DNA of 41,952 nt, taken from Acidimicrobiia bacterium. GTDB taxonomy: Bacteria; Actinomycetota; Acidimicrobiia; Acidimicrobiales; Acidimicrobilacustridaceae. Of this stretch, positions 27,966-37,588 are shown piece by piece (within the stretch, counting starts at the first letter, position 1; each line of letters starts with the position of its first letter). Below the pieces are notes generated by a model that had not been told where the DNA came from, searched no databases, and saw nothing but the letters and a program-made list of their open reading frames with translations. The stretch covers positions 6,612-48,563 of the forward strand of contig JAEMTX010000001.1 in assembly GCA_016462055.1 (NCBI GenBank), in the 5' to 3' direction. The position numbers and the translations under genes were made by a program.

Positions 27966-28294
27966 CCAACGAACCCAACTTCCCATCCGGCGATCCATTT
28001 GCCATCACCCCGGACTGCGAAAAGGTGATGGCCGAGGTCGACAGTTTTCTCGACCAGGAACTCACCGATGCGGTGCGGGTGAGCATCGCGGCGCATCTCG
28101 AGTCGTGTAGTCCCTGCTTCGAGGTGTTTGATTTCGAGGCGGAACTGCGGTTGGTGATTTCGATCAAAACCCACACCGTGGAGTTTCCCGACACGCTTCG
28201 AATTCGGATCGAAGAGAAACTGACCTATCTCCGGATCGAAGGATCTGGGGCGACGGGGTCCGGCGGTGGCGGAGAGCCTCGCCGAGAGGCATAG
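27962..28294 (+). CDS. rsrA: Zinc-binding anti-sigma factor (RsrA/RshA-like)
   Basis: DC..(x)..[11 protein letters not shown] motif directly after the ECF sigma. Confidence 0.88.
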   Translation: MTNEPNFPSGDPFAITPDCEKVMAEVDSFLDQELTDAVRVSIAAHLESCSPCFEVFDFEAELRLVISIKTHTVEFPDTLRIRIEEKLTYLRIEGSGATGSGGGGEPRREA

Positions 28295-28304
28295 AATTAG
28301 GACT

Positions 28305-28439
28305 ATGAATCTTCTGTTCGCGCAGGTATGGGCATTTTGGATTGCGCCGGTTCTGGTCGCCTCGGCAATCGGGGTCTTGGCAGTAATGATCGGCTTGTAT
28401 TTGAAGAAGGTCGTCGCTCCCCGCTATCCCAAGCGCTGA
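28305..28439 (+). CDS. 44-aa small membrane protein MNLLFAQVWAFWIAPVLVASAIGVLAVMIGLYLKKVVAPRYPKR
   Basis: Not in the ORF track. It fills the rsrA-protease gap, TAGAAT lies 7 nt before the ATG, it has a single TM and basic tail, and it ends 4 nt before the next start. Confidence 0.8.
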   Translation: MNLLFAQVWAFWIAPVLVASAIGVLAVMIGLYLKKVVAPRYPKR

Positions 28440-28443
28440 GCTT

Positions 28444-29517
28444 GTGGCCGCAGCGGTCGATTGGGGAGTAGCCGAACGGGTTGCGATCCGCACATCGAAG
28501 AAGGATCCCTTCGCCGCTAGTTATCACTATCAATCGCTGCAACCTGATTTCGATCGTTTAACGGCGATCGCTGAAGGGTTGGTTGCGCAAGAAACGGGGC
28601 TTCGATCACTCGCTGGTCCTGCTCGCGCTCGAGTCACCGATCGGCCGGGATGGATCCGCGCCAACCTCGCCTCGTTCCAACGATTGCTGGCACCGATGCT
28701 CGAAAAGTTCGGCGATCGCGTTTCGTCGAGTCGCGTTGCGCCACTAACCGCCCGTATTGCTGGTGCTGAACTCGGAGTTGTCCTCGGTTGGATGTCGGCG
28801 CGGGTGTTGGGCCAGTACGACTTACTCGTGATCGAAGAAGAGAATCCGCAAGACCAGGACATCGTTTATTACGTGGGCCCAAACGTTCTTGCGCTCGAGA
28901 AGCAGTTCGCGTTTCCGCCGGAAGAGTTCCGCATGTGGCTTGCGTTGCACGAGGTCACACATCGCGCGCAGTTCACGGGCGTGCCGTGGCTCCGAGAACA
29001 TTTCCTCGGACTCGTGCACGAAACAATGAACACCATCGACCCCGACCCAGCTCGCGTGAGCGAGACCATCGCTCGAGTCACTGCTGCAATTCGTGCCGGA
29101 CAGAAACCACTCGCCGATGGCGGATTGGTCAATCTGATCGCCGGTCCTGAACAACGGGCAGTGCTCGATCAGGTGAGCGGCATGATGAGTCTTCTCGAAG
29201 GACACGGCGACATCACGATGGATCGTGCCGGTCATGACCTTGTTCCGAGCGCCGATCGCTTTTCGAAGGTTTTGCGCGAGCGACGCGAATCGGCGCGCGG
29301 TATGGCGAAAGTTTTTCAGCAGTTGATTGGCCTGCAAGCCAAGTTGGCGCAGTACGCCCAAGGAGAAGCGTTCATCACTGAAGTTGAACGCGCGGGCGGC
29401 CAACTGTTGTTGTCTCGTGCATGGGAAGGGCCAGAGAATCTTCCGAGCATCATCGAGATTCGCGAACCGCGTTTGTGGATCGACCGCATGGCTGCTCCAC
29501 TTCCGGTTGCTGGCTGA
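28444..29517 (+). CDS. Zinc-dependent metalloprotease-like protein (Rv3626c/DUF2342 type)
   Basis: LALHEVTHRAQF HExxH motif, VLGQYD and MSLLEGHGD. Conserved position before tilS. Confidence 0.88.
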   Translation: MAAAVDWGVAERVAIRTSKKDPFAASYHYQSLQPDFDRLTAIAEGLVAQETGLRSLAGPARARVTDRPGWIRANLASFQRLLAPMLEKFGDRVSSSRVAPLTARIAGAELGVVLGWMSARVLGQYDLLVIEEENPQDQDIVYYVGPNVLALEKQFAFPPEEFRMWLALHEVTHRAQFTGVPWLREHFLGLVHETMNTIDPDPARVSETIARVTAAIRAGQKPLADGGLVNLIAGPEQRAVLDQVSGMMSLLEGHGDITMDRAGHDLVPSADRFSKVLRERRESARGMAKVFQQLIGLQAKLAQYAQGEAFITEVERAGGQLLLSRAWEGPENLPSIIEIREPRLWIDRMAAPLPVAG

Positions 29518-29532
29518 ACTCGATTGGTCATC

Positions 29533-30426
29533 GTGAGTTCTCTCGCTGAACGTCACGAGGAATTGCTCGCTCGTTGCACGTTCCCGCCCGCGGGCTCTCC
29601 TTTGGTCTGTGGTGTGTCAGGCGGTGCTGACTCGATGGCACTGTTGGTTTTGGCTGTCGCCGCAGGCTGTGCTGTCACGGCGGTTCACGTGGATCATGGG
29701 TTGCGTGCTGGCTCGCATGACGAGGCCGATCGTGTCCGAGCGGTTGCTGATTCCCTTGGCGCGGCGTTCCGGTCTGAATCGGTGATGGTGGAAGCGGGCG
29801 CCAATCTTGAAGCTCGGGCTCGAACCGCTCGCCACCAAGTGCTGGGGCCCGATGCTGCCCTTGGTCACACTGCGGACGATCGGGCCGAAACCATGATCGT
29901 GAATCTGTTGCGCGGTGCAGGCCCTGACGGGCTGGCCTCGATCCGCCCGGGTATCCGTCATCCGATTTTGGATTTGCGGCGTTCGGAAACAGAACAGGTT
30001 TGTGAACGTGAAGGGATCGAACCGTTCTTTGATCCCAGCAACAGCGATCCTGCGTTTGTTCGCAATCGTGTCCGACATGAAGTACTTCCGTTGCTCGCCG
30101 AGATTGCCGGCCGCGACCCGGTTCCGATTCTCGATCGCCAGGCTGATGTGTTCGCGTCGGTTGCTGATCATTTGCGGTTCGAAGCGACCGCGCTTGACCC
30201 AACCGATGCGCGAACTCTTCGCGATGCGCCCGAGGCGATTGCTCGCGTAGCTCTCCGCGAGTGGCTCCGAGAAGGCGCGGAAGAGCGACATCCGCCTGAT
30301 GCGGCAACGATTGATCGCGTCATGGCCGTCGTAAAGGGCGAGGCCACCGCGACCGATGTGGGTGGAAATCGTCGCGTCGAACGAACCGGGGGTCGGTTAC
30401 GAATCGTGGCGGCACCGAAAGTCTGA
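29533..30426 (+). CDS. tilS: tRNA(Ile)-lysidine synthase (short form)
   Basis: GVSGGADS, HVDHGLR, GHTADDRAET and DPSN..RNRVR. Start uncertain (29524 or 29533). Confidence 0.94.
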   Translation: MSSLAERHEELLARCTFPPAGSPLVCGVSGGADSMALLVLAVAAGCAVTAVHVDHGLRAGSHDEADRVRAVADSLGAAFRSESVMVEAGANLEARARTARHQVLGPDAALGHTADDRAETMIVNLLRGAGPDGLASIRPGIRHPILDLRRSETEQVCEREGIEPFFDPSNSDPAFVRNRVRHEVLPLLAEIAGRDPVPILDRQADVFASVADHLRFEATALDPTDARTLRDAPEAIARVALREWLREGAEERHPPDAATIDRVMAVVKGEATATDVGGNRRVERTGGRLRIVAAPKV

Positions 30427-30447
30427 GGACTGCACTACATTCGCCGC

Positions 30448-31029
30448 GTGACCCAAAGCGCGTCCGGAAATGACCATCCGCATCCCGATGTCGATCCCCA
30501 TCTGGGCCAGATCCTCGTCACCCATGAAGCCATTCAGCAGCGCATTGTTGAATTAGGCCAAGAGATCACGGCCGATTACGCCGGCCGCGCACCATTGCTG
30601 ATCGCTGTCCTCAAAGGTGCGGTCATGTTTATGGCCGACATTGCTCGCGCAATCGCATTACCCGTCGAACTCGACTTTATGGCGGTGTCTTCCTACGGCA
30701 CCGCGACGAAGACCAGCGGCGTGGTGCGGATCGTGAAAGATCTCGACATCGATCTCACTGGGCGAGACGTCATCATCGTCGAGGACATCGTCGATAGCGG
30801 CCTGACGCTGAACTACCTCCGAAAGAATTTGGCGGCGCGACATCCCGCCAGCCTCGAGGTCTGTGCCCTTCTGCTCAAAGAAGGCATGCAGAAAGTTGAA
30901 CCCGATCTTCGCTACGTAGGTTTCCGACTTCCCGATGAGTTTGTTGTCGGTTATGGCCTCGATGTGGCGGAGCGCTATCGCAATCTCGACGATCTTCGGG
31001 TCTTTGTTGGTCCCGAAAGTGGTCACTGA
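30448..31029 (+). CDS. hpt: Hypoxanthine phosphoribosyltransferase
   Basis: VLKGA, IIVEDIVDSGLT and FVVGYGLD. TACATT lies 6 nt before the GTG. Confidence 0.96.
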   Translation: MTQSASGNDHPHPDVDPHLGQILVTHEAIQQRIVELGQEITADYAGRAPLLIAVLKGAVMFMADIARAIALPVELDFMAVSSYGTATKTSGVVRIVKDLDIDLTGRDVIIVEDIVDSGLTLNYLRKNLAARHPASLEVCALLLKEGMQKVEPDLRYVGFRLPDEFVVGYGLDVAERYRNLDDLRVFVGPESGH

Positions 31030-31107
31030 GGTCGTTAAATTCTGTGGGAATCGGTACGATTCCTGCACAAATGAACGTTTCTGTTTTCGTCCCCTCACTA
31101 GGAGACC

Positions 31108-31683
31108 GTGATGGACCCCGTTGATCTTCCCCGTATCTCAGCTGCCGTGAAAGAGATTCTCATCGCAATTGGCGAGGATCCTGAACGCGATGGCCTTCAG
31201 GACACGCCCGATCGTGTTGCGCGTATGTACGCCGAGGTTTTTGCTGGTCTTCGTGATGATCCCCGCAGCCACCTTCAGGTCATGTTCGAAGCGAATCACG
31301 ACGAGATGGTCATGGTTCGCGACATCGCACTCACTTCGATGTGCGAACACCATCTGGTTCCGTTCATGGGTAAAGCCCATGTTGCCTATATCCCCGGTAC
31401 CGATGGTCGTGTGACTGGTCTTTCAAAAATCGCTCGCCTTGTCGACGCCTACGCCAAACGCCCGCAGGTGCAAGAGCGTCTGACCGCGCAGATTGCCGAC
31501 GAGCTCGAAACCACGTTGCAACCGCGAGGCGTGCTCGTTGTCATCGAAGCAGAGCATTTGTGCATGTCGATGCGTGGAGTTCGCAAGCCTGGTTCAAGCA
31601 CCGTGACCTCAGCCGTGCGTGGATTGTTCCGTGAAAGCGCTGCGACCCGACTTGAAGCGATGCGATTCATCGCTCGCGACTAA
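31108..31683 (+). CDS. folE: GTP cyclohydrolase I
   Basis: [21 protein letters not shown] and HLCMSMRG motifs. AGGAG SD. Confidence 0.97.
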   Translation: MMDPVDLPRISAAVKEILIAIGEDPERDGLQDTPDRVARMYAEVFAGLRDDPRSHLQVMFEANHDEMVMVRDIALTSMCEHHLVPFMGKAHVAYIPGTDGRVTGLSKIARLVDAYAKRPQVQERLTAQIADELETTLQPRGVLVVIEAEHLCMSMRGVRKPGSSTVTSAVRGLFRESAATRLEAMRFIARD

Positions 31684-31685
31684 AC

Positions 31686-32507
31686 GTGGCCGACGTCATA
31701 CCTCGGCTCGGAGTGGGAACTCCGACATCAATCCCATTGATCATGGGGATTGTCAACGTAACTCCCGATTCATTTAGTGATGGTGGGAAGTTTCTCGATC
31801 CCGAAGTCGCAATTGCGCATGGCCTGATGCTGGCCGATGAAGGGGCCTCAGTCCTTGACATAGGTGGAGAGTCAACCCGTCCCGGTGCTGCTCCAGTCGA
31901 TATCGAAACCGAACTTGCTCGAGTCATTCCGGTGATCGAAGGTCTCGCCGGTCGTTGTCGACTCAGCATCGATACCCGCAAAGCCGAGGTGGCAAGGGCT
32001 GCGGTGGCCGCCGGAGCGACGCTCATCAACGATGTGTCAGCATCACTTTGGCCCGTTGCGGCGGAACTTGGTGTGGGGTGGATCGCCATGCATATGCAGG
32101 GCGAGCCGGGCACGATGCAGGCCGATCCTCACTACGACGACGTCGTTGCCGAGGTGTGTGCGTTCCTTCGCGAGAGCGCAATGGCCGCTTCAGAGGCCGG
32201 AGTAAAAGAAATTTGGGTCGATCCTGGGTTTGGGTTTGGGAAGACCGATTCGCACAATCTGGCCCTGCTCGCGCACCTCGATCGCATCGTTGAAATGGGT
32301 TGGCCGGTTGTCGTAGGGACAAGCAGAAAAGCCATGCTGGGACGGCTCCTTGCGACGTCTGACGGTTCCAACGAACTGGTTCCAGCTGACGATCGTCTTG
32401 CGGGATCAATCGCGACGGAAGTGTGGGCAATGCACGCCGGAGCGAGCATGATTCGCGCTCACGACGTCAGAAGCGCCATCCAAGCGGCCAAAGTCGTGGC
32501 AGCATGA
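31686..32507 (+). CDS. folP: Dihydropteroate synthase
   Basis: MGIVNVTPDSFSDGG, GGESTRPG, DPGFGFGK, SRK and RAHDV motifs. Confidence 0.97.
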   Translation: MADVIPRLGVGTPTSIPLIMGIVNVTPDSFSDGGKFLDPEVAIAHGLMLADEGASVLDIGGESTRPGAAPVDIETELARVIPVIEGLAGRCRLSIDTRKAEVARAAVAAGATLINDVSASLWPVAAELGVGWIAMHMQGEPGTMQADPHYDDVVAEVCAFLRESAMAASEAGVKEIWVDPGFGFGKTDSHNLALLAHLDRIVEMGWPVVVGTSRKAMLGRLLATSDGSNELVPADDRLAGSIATEVWAMHAGASMIRAHDVRSAIQAAKVVAA

Positions 32508-33022
32508 ACGCCGTGGCCAGTAAAGGGAAATGGGCGCAGGGAATCCGACCCCGCAACTTTCATTGGGTGATCGCTGAGCGACTCGCCCTCTGTGAGCGAC
32601 CCGGTGGCTATGGAGCGAACCATCGAAAGGTTCGCCGCCAAGAGGAAATCATCTGGGTCCGCGAACAGGGATTCACCTGTGTCATCTCGACGATCACGGC
32701 TCCCCTCAATCTCCACAACTACGACGAGCTTGGTGTCACCTGGCGCCATCGCCCCGTCCCTGAAGACGATCTCGGTCTTTTCGAATCGGCGTTCTTCGCG
32801 GAATTGCGAACCTTGCTCGAGCGCGGCGAACGCATCCTTATCCACGCTGAAGAACTCAGTGATCGCGTGTGTGGTCTGATCGCCGGCTACCTGCTCTGGA
32901 ACGGCTTAGTCGAGAGTCCGCCGCGGGTTGTTACCGTGATCGAGCAGTTGACGCAGCGCCAACTGGGCCCCGCTGGTCGTGAGTTGGTTGCCATTTCACT
33001 GACGATCCCCCCGCCTGCCTGA
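32504..33022 (+). CDS. Hypothetical protein, probable PTP/dual-specificity-phosphatase fold with degenerate P-loop
   Basis: ATGA-coupled to folP. NFHWVI..RPGG, VIS, HRPV and ILIHAEELSDR align by eye with the DSP layout (VxVHCxxGxxR), but the Cys is absent. Confidence 0.65.
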   Translation: MNAVASKGKWAQGIRPRNFHWVIAERLALCERPGGYGANHRKVRRQEEIIWVREQGFTCVISTITAPLNLHNYDELGVTWRHRPVPEDDLGLFESAFFAELRTLLERGERILIHAEELSDRVCGLIAGYLLWNGLVESPPRVVTVIEQLTQRQLGPAGRELVAISLTIPPPA

Positions 33023-33038
33023 ACCGGAGCGCTGCCTT

Positions 33039-33404
33039 ATGGCCCCGACTGATCGAATTGAACTTCGCCAACTTGTGGTGATCGGTATTTGTGGCGCGCT
33101 TCCTGAAGAGCGTGAACGGGCGCAGCCACTTGAAGTCGACCTCGATGTCGTCGCTGACCTCTCTGCGGCGGGTACATCAGACAATCTCGCCGACACGCTT
33201 GATTACGGAGCTATCACTGCATCAGTTGAGCGCGTGATTCTCAACGGAACGCCGCAGTTACTCGAACACCTCGCCCAGAATATTGCCGACGCGGTGCTCG
33301 CCGATCCCCGAGCATTGTCCGTCACGGTTTCTGTGCGGAAGTTGCGCCCACCAGTGCCGCAGGCCCTGGCCACTTCGGGCGTCACCATCACCCGAGGACG
33401 CTGA
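33039..33404 (+). CDS. folB: Dihydroneopterin aldolase
   Basis: DRIEL, EERERAQP, SDNLADTLDY, LLEHLA and VRK motifs. Confidence 0.94.
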   Translation: MAPTDRIELRQLVVIGICGALPEERERAQPLEVDLDVVADLSAAGTSDNLADTLDYGAITASVERVILNGTPQLLEHLAQNIADAVLADPRALSVTVSVRKLRPPVPQALATSGVTITRGR

Positions 33405-33869
33405 ATGTCGCGTGCCTTCTTGAGCCTCGGCTCAAACATCGGTGATTCGTGGTCGCTTTTGCGTGAAGCGGTGAACTCTCTTGATTCGGTCGTTGCGGTG
33501 TCACCGGTATATCGGACCGATCCCGTGGGCGGACCAGAGCAAGATCCATTTCTTAACATCGTGATTGAACTCGACACCGATTTGAGTGCGCGCGAATTGT
33601 TGGGTGTTTGTCATCGTCTCGAATCGGCGGCCAACCGGGTGCGTACCGTTCGTTGGGGCCCACGCACGCTCGATGTCGACATCATCTGGATCGAAGGCGT
33701 CACAATTTCCGAACCCGATCTCGAGGTTCCTCATCCGCGAATGCAATCGCGTCGTTTCGTCATGGCGCCGCTTGCCGATCTTGCTCCTGATGTAGCCGGA
33801 CCTGATTGGGCTGACCGGGCCGAGGGCCACGTGCATCGCGTCGGACCAATAGACGCCGAACCAGGATGA
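33405..33869 (+). CDS. folK: 2-amino-4-hydroxy-6-hydroxymethyldihydropteridine diphosphokinase
   Basis: LSLGSNIG, FLN, RWGPRTLDVDI and PHPRM motifs. Confidence 0.96.
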   Translation: MSRAFLSLGSNIGDSWSLLREAVNSLDSVVAVSPVYRTDPVGGPEQDPFLNIVIELDTDLSARELLGVCHRLESAANRVRTVRWGPRTLDVDIIWIEGVTISEPDLEVPHPRMQSRRFVMAPLADLAPDVAGPDWADRAEGHVHRVGPIDAEPG

Positions 33870-34651
33870 CCACGAATAGCTCGGTCCGAATCATTGGGCC
33901 GGGCCGTGCGGGTGGTGCGCTGGCAATTGCGTTGGCACGGGTTGGATGGACGGTGGTTGCTCCCGTTCATCGCGGCGAGTCGCTCTCGGCAGCAGCAAGC
34001 GGGGTTGATCTTTTGGTCATTGCGACTCCCGACGGCGTCATCGCCGATGTAGCACGCGAGATCACGCCCGATCCAACAACCGTTGTTGTTCATCTTTCTG
34101 GCGCCCTTGGCCTTGAAGCGCTAGCAACACATCCGCAACGTGCATCACTGCACCCGCTGACATCAATGCCAACTGCGGAAATTGGAGCTGAGCGATTGGT
34201 TGGTGGCGCATGGTTCGCTATCGATGCGAACACGGAGAGCGCGCTCAAGTGTATGGAATCGCTTGCCGATGCGCTTGGTGGTCGATCGTTCGTTGTTGAC
34301 GATGAACATCGAGTTGCGTACCACGCGGCTGCAGCGATTGCGTCGAATCACGTTGTTGCCCTACTTGGTTCTGCGGAACGTGTAGCCCGTTCTGCTGGCG
34401 TACCGATCGAGGCATATTTAGAACTCGTTCGTGCAACGATTGACAACATCGAAGACCTTGGAGTCATTGATGCGTTGACGGGCCCTGTGGCGCGTGGCGA
34501 CTGGGACACGGTCGCTCGTCATCGTGACGCGATCGACCCTTCTGAACTTGCGTTGTATGACGCATTGGTGGACGCAGCACGTCGCGTGGTGGACTCTCGA
34601 CCAATACCGAGCGATGAATCGACGCCACCAATTCCCGAAACGGAAAACTGA
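33866..34651 (+). CDS. Rossmann-like/DUF2520 protein (PanG-type ketopantoate reductase candidate)
   Basis: IIGPGRAG, HLSGA, LHPL, YHAAAAIASN and LTGPVARGD. Coupled to panC. Confidence 0.87.
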   Translation: MTTNSSVRIIGPGRAGGALAIALARVGWTVVAPVHRGESLSAAASGVDLLVIATPDGVIADVAREITPDPTTVVVHLSGALGLEALATHPQRASLHPLTSMPTAEIGAERLVGGAWFAIDANTESALKCMESLADALGGRSFVVDDEHRVAYHAAAAIASNHVVALLGSAERVARSAGVPIEAYLELVRATIDNIEDLGVIDALTGPVARGDWDTVARHRDAIDPSELALYDALVDAARRVVDSRPIPSDESTPPIPETEN

Positions 34652-35505
34652 TGCAGGCCCTCTCCAGAAAATCAGAGTTTCGTGACCATCTCGAAACGGT
34701 GCGCGCGCTCGGACGTACGGTCGGACTCGTTCCAACTATGGGAGCGCTTCACGAAGGTCATCTTTCGCTCCTTCGTGCTGCCGCAAACGATTGTGATGTT
34801 GTAGCGCTCACGATTTTTGTGAACCCGCTGCAGTTTGGCGCGGGTGAAGACCTCGATGCCTACCCGCGTCCGCTCGAGCGCGATCTCGAACTCGCGGAAG
34901 CGGCTGGAGCCGACGTTGTCTTTACGCCAACGACCGATGAGATGTATCCCCAAGTGACGCTGACGAACGTTCATGTCGATCGGCTCACTTCCTCAATGGA
35001 AGGCGCGAGTCGTCCCACCCACTTCGATGGTGTGACCACCGTCGTCACGAAGTTGTTCAACATCGCTGGTCCGTGCAGGGCCTATTTCGGCGAGAAGGAC
35101 TTCCAACAACTGGCGGTCGTTCGCCGAATGGTTGCCGATCTTGATCAGCCGGTCGTAATCGTTGGTTGTCCCATCGTGCGTGAAAACGATGGTCTGGCCA
35201 TGTCGAGTCGGAATCTTTACCTGTCGTCAACCGAACGCGAAGCCGCCACGGTCATTAACCGAGCACTTCGTGCCGGGGCCGCCATGTTCGAAGCGGGGGA
35301 GAGCGATCCATCGGTTGTCGAATCACATATGGCTTCGATCATCGATGCCGAACCGCTTGCCGTACTTGATTACGCCGTGGTCGTGAACCCTGAGTCATTG
35401 CTCACTCCCGATCGACTGGTGAGTGGAACCACGGTGCGGTTGTTGATGGTGGCGCAGATGGGAACGACGCGATTACTCGACAACCTGGGTGTCGACGTAC
35501 CGTAG
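34651..35505 (+). CDS. panC: Pantoate--beta-alanine ligase
   Basis: [34 protein letters not shown] and RLLDN motifs. Confidence 0.97.
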   Translation: MQALSRKSEFRDHLETVRALGRTVGLVPTMGALHEGHLSLLRAAANDCDVVALTIFVNPLQFGAGEDLDAYPRPLERDLELAEAAGADVVFTPTTDEMYPQVTLTNVHVDRLTSSMEGASRPTHFDGVTTVVTKLFNIAGPCRAYFGEKDFQQLAVVRRMVADLDQPVVIVGCPIVRENDGLAMSSRNLYLSSTEREAATVINRALRAGAAMFEAGESDPSVVESHMASIIDAEPLAVLDYAVVVNPESLLTPDRLVSGTTVRLLMVAQMGTTRLLDNLGVDVP

Positions 35506-35557
35506 GACCCTTACCCGCATGGTGACCGCACGCGGCGCCGAGCTGAAGGAGAAGACG

Positions 35558-35956
35558 ATGCAACGTCGAATGATGAAATCAAAGATCCATCGCGCTTGTA
35601 TTACTGACGCCAATCTTCATTACGTGGGTTCCATCACCCTCGATACGGAATTGATGGAGCAGGCCGACATCCGCGAATGGGAGCAGGTGCAGGTCCTCGA
35701 TATCGATAACGGTGCGCGGTTCGAGACCTACGCGATCCCCGGTGGTCCGGGCACGGTATGTCTCAACGGCGCTGCAGCACGTTTAGTACAGCCTGGTGAC
35801 CGCATCATTGTGATCACCTACGCCGACTATGACGAGACCGAACTTGAGGACTACGTCCCTCGTGTTGTGCATGTCGACGGCGCCAACCACATCATTGATG
35901 AATTCGAGGCCGTGACCATCGCTGCTCAAAAATTTCCTGTTCGATTCCGAGCCTGA
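35558..35956 (+). CDS. panD: Aspartate 1-decarboxylase proenzyme
   Basis: [11 protein letters not shown]|S-IT cleavage site, NGARFETY and NGAAAR. AAGGAG SD before ATG 35558. Confidence 0.96.
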   Translation: MQRRMMKSKIHRACITDANLHYVGSITLDTELMEQADIREWEQVQVLDIDNGARFETYAIPGGPGTVCLNGAAARLVQPGDRIIVITYADYDETELEDYVPRVVHVDGANHIIDEFEAVTIAAQKFPVRFRA

Positions 35957-35984
35957 CCCCGTTCTTCGGTCAGACTGCAGACCT

Positions 35985-37547
35985 GTGACTGCCGAGCTCG
36001 ATCTTCTTGTTGTCGGTTCTGGCGTTGCCGGACTTTCGGCCGCCGTGCGTGCCGCAGCCCGAGACGGTGTTCGTGTGGGAGTCCTTACCAAGGGTCCGCT
36101 TGAGCAGTCGACGACCAGATGGGCCCAAGGCGGTGTCGCTGCTGTTCTCGGCGGCGATCCCGATTCCACCGATCTGCATCTCGCTGACACGCTCGCTGCC
36201 GGAGCTGGCCTTTGTGACGTTGATGCGGTGCGCATTCTGGTTGAAGAGGGTCCAGTTCGGGTTCGTGATCTGGTTTCACTTGGGGCGCGATTCGATCGCG
36301 ACGCCGAAGGCAAGTTCGAATTAGCGCGCGAAGGTGGTCACTCACTGCCGCGAATTGTTCATGCCGGTGGTGTTGCTACTGGGGCCGAAATCGAACGAGC
36401 GCTGGTCGTTGCTGTGCGAAGTGAAGCAACAGAAATTCACGAGCATGCGTTTGCCCTCGACCTTGTTGTTGAAAACGGCCGATGCGTTGGTGTTCGTGCG
36501 GCGCTAGCCGATGGAACCGTTGGCATTGTTCGCGCCAGAAATGTTCTGCTGGCATCAGGCGGAGCCGGGCAGATCTTTTCTGTGACTACGAATCCACTTG
36601 AGGCGACGGGTGACGGCATCGCTATGGCATTGCGCGCTGGCGCTGCAGTAGCCGATGTCGAGTTTGTGCAGTTCCATCCGACAGCACTTCATCATGAGCG
36701 CATGCCGCGCCCGTTGCTTTCTGAAGCATTACGCGGTCATGGAGCACTCATACGTGACATTAACGGTGAGCGATTCGTCGATGAAATGCTTCCGCGTGAT
36801 CAGGTCAGTCGAGCGATGGTTCGCCGCATGATCGAACTACATACCGATCATTGCTTGCTCGATGTGACTGGTCTCGAACAATTCGATGTTCGATTTCCAA
36901 CCATCGCCGCGATGCTTTCCGGTCTCAAGTTCGATCCCTCTCAAGATCTCCTTCCGATTGCTCCAGCGGCGCATTACCTGTGCGGTGGCGTTCTCACCGA
37001 CCTCAACGGCGCGACGAGCATCCGGGGTTTGTGGGCTGCAGGTGAAGTTGCGTGTTCAGGTGTGCACGGCGCGAATCGACTGGCCTCAAACTCATTGCTC
37101 GAGGGAATGGTGTTTGGGGCTCGCGTTGTTGAAGCTATTGAACTGGGCATCGACGTTCCGGAAATGACGGGCGCTATGCGAGCACTCGATGGTGATGGTG
37201 GCCGTCGAATTGAGGGATGGCGCGCGCCGGAGTCGTTGTCTTCAGCGGTCGAAGGCGATGCCGACGCACTTGCGACTGTCCGCGATGACATGCAATGGGC
37301 AATGACTGTTGGCGCCGGAGTCGTGCGAGATTCAAGTTCGCTCGCGGCAACGGCGACAAAGGTCGAGCAAGCCCGCACTCTCGCCGACGCCACTGGTGTT
37401 GCTGCGTGGGAACTGGCGAACCTGACCGCGGTGGCCACCGCTCTCCTTGTTGCGGCTGAAGCTCGCACGGAAAGTCGTGGTGCGCACACTCGTGACGATT
37501 GCCCTTCGCTGGACCCGAATTTGGCTCTGCGATTGGTGATCGTCTGA
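35985..37547 (+). CDS. nadB: L-aspartate oxidase
   Basis: VVGSGVAGL, WAQGG, EGGHS, QFHPT, GVHGANRLASNSLLE and ESRGAH motifs. Confidence 0.96.
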   Translation: MTAELDLLVVGSGVAGLSAAVRAAARDGVRVGVLTKGPLEQSTTRWAQGGVAAVLGGDPDSTDLHLADTLAAGAGLCDVDAVRILVEEGPVRVRDLVSLGARFDRDAEGKFELAREGGHSLPRIVHAGGVATGAEIERALVVAVRSEATEIHEHAFALDLVVENGRCVGVRAALADGTVGIVRARNVLLASGGAGQIFSVTTNPLEATGDGIAMALRAGAAVADVEFVQFHPTALHHERMPRPLLSEALRGHGALIRDINGERFVDEMLPRDQVSRAMVRRMIELHTDHCLLDVTGLEQFDVRFPTIAAMLSGLKFDPSQDLLPIAPAAHYLCGGVLTDLNGATSIRGLWAAGEVACSGVHGANRLASNSLLEGMVFGARVVEAIELGIDVPEMTGAMRALDGDGGRRIEGWRAPESLSSAVEGDADALATVRDDMQWAMTVGAGVVRDSSSLAATATKVEQARTLADATGVAAWELANLTAVATALLVAAEARTESRGAHTRDDCPSLDPNLALRLVIV

Positions 37548-37588
37548 CCGGTTCGCTCTGGTCGGGCTCGGCAGGGCAGGCTTTCGGA

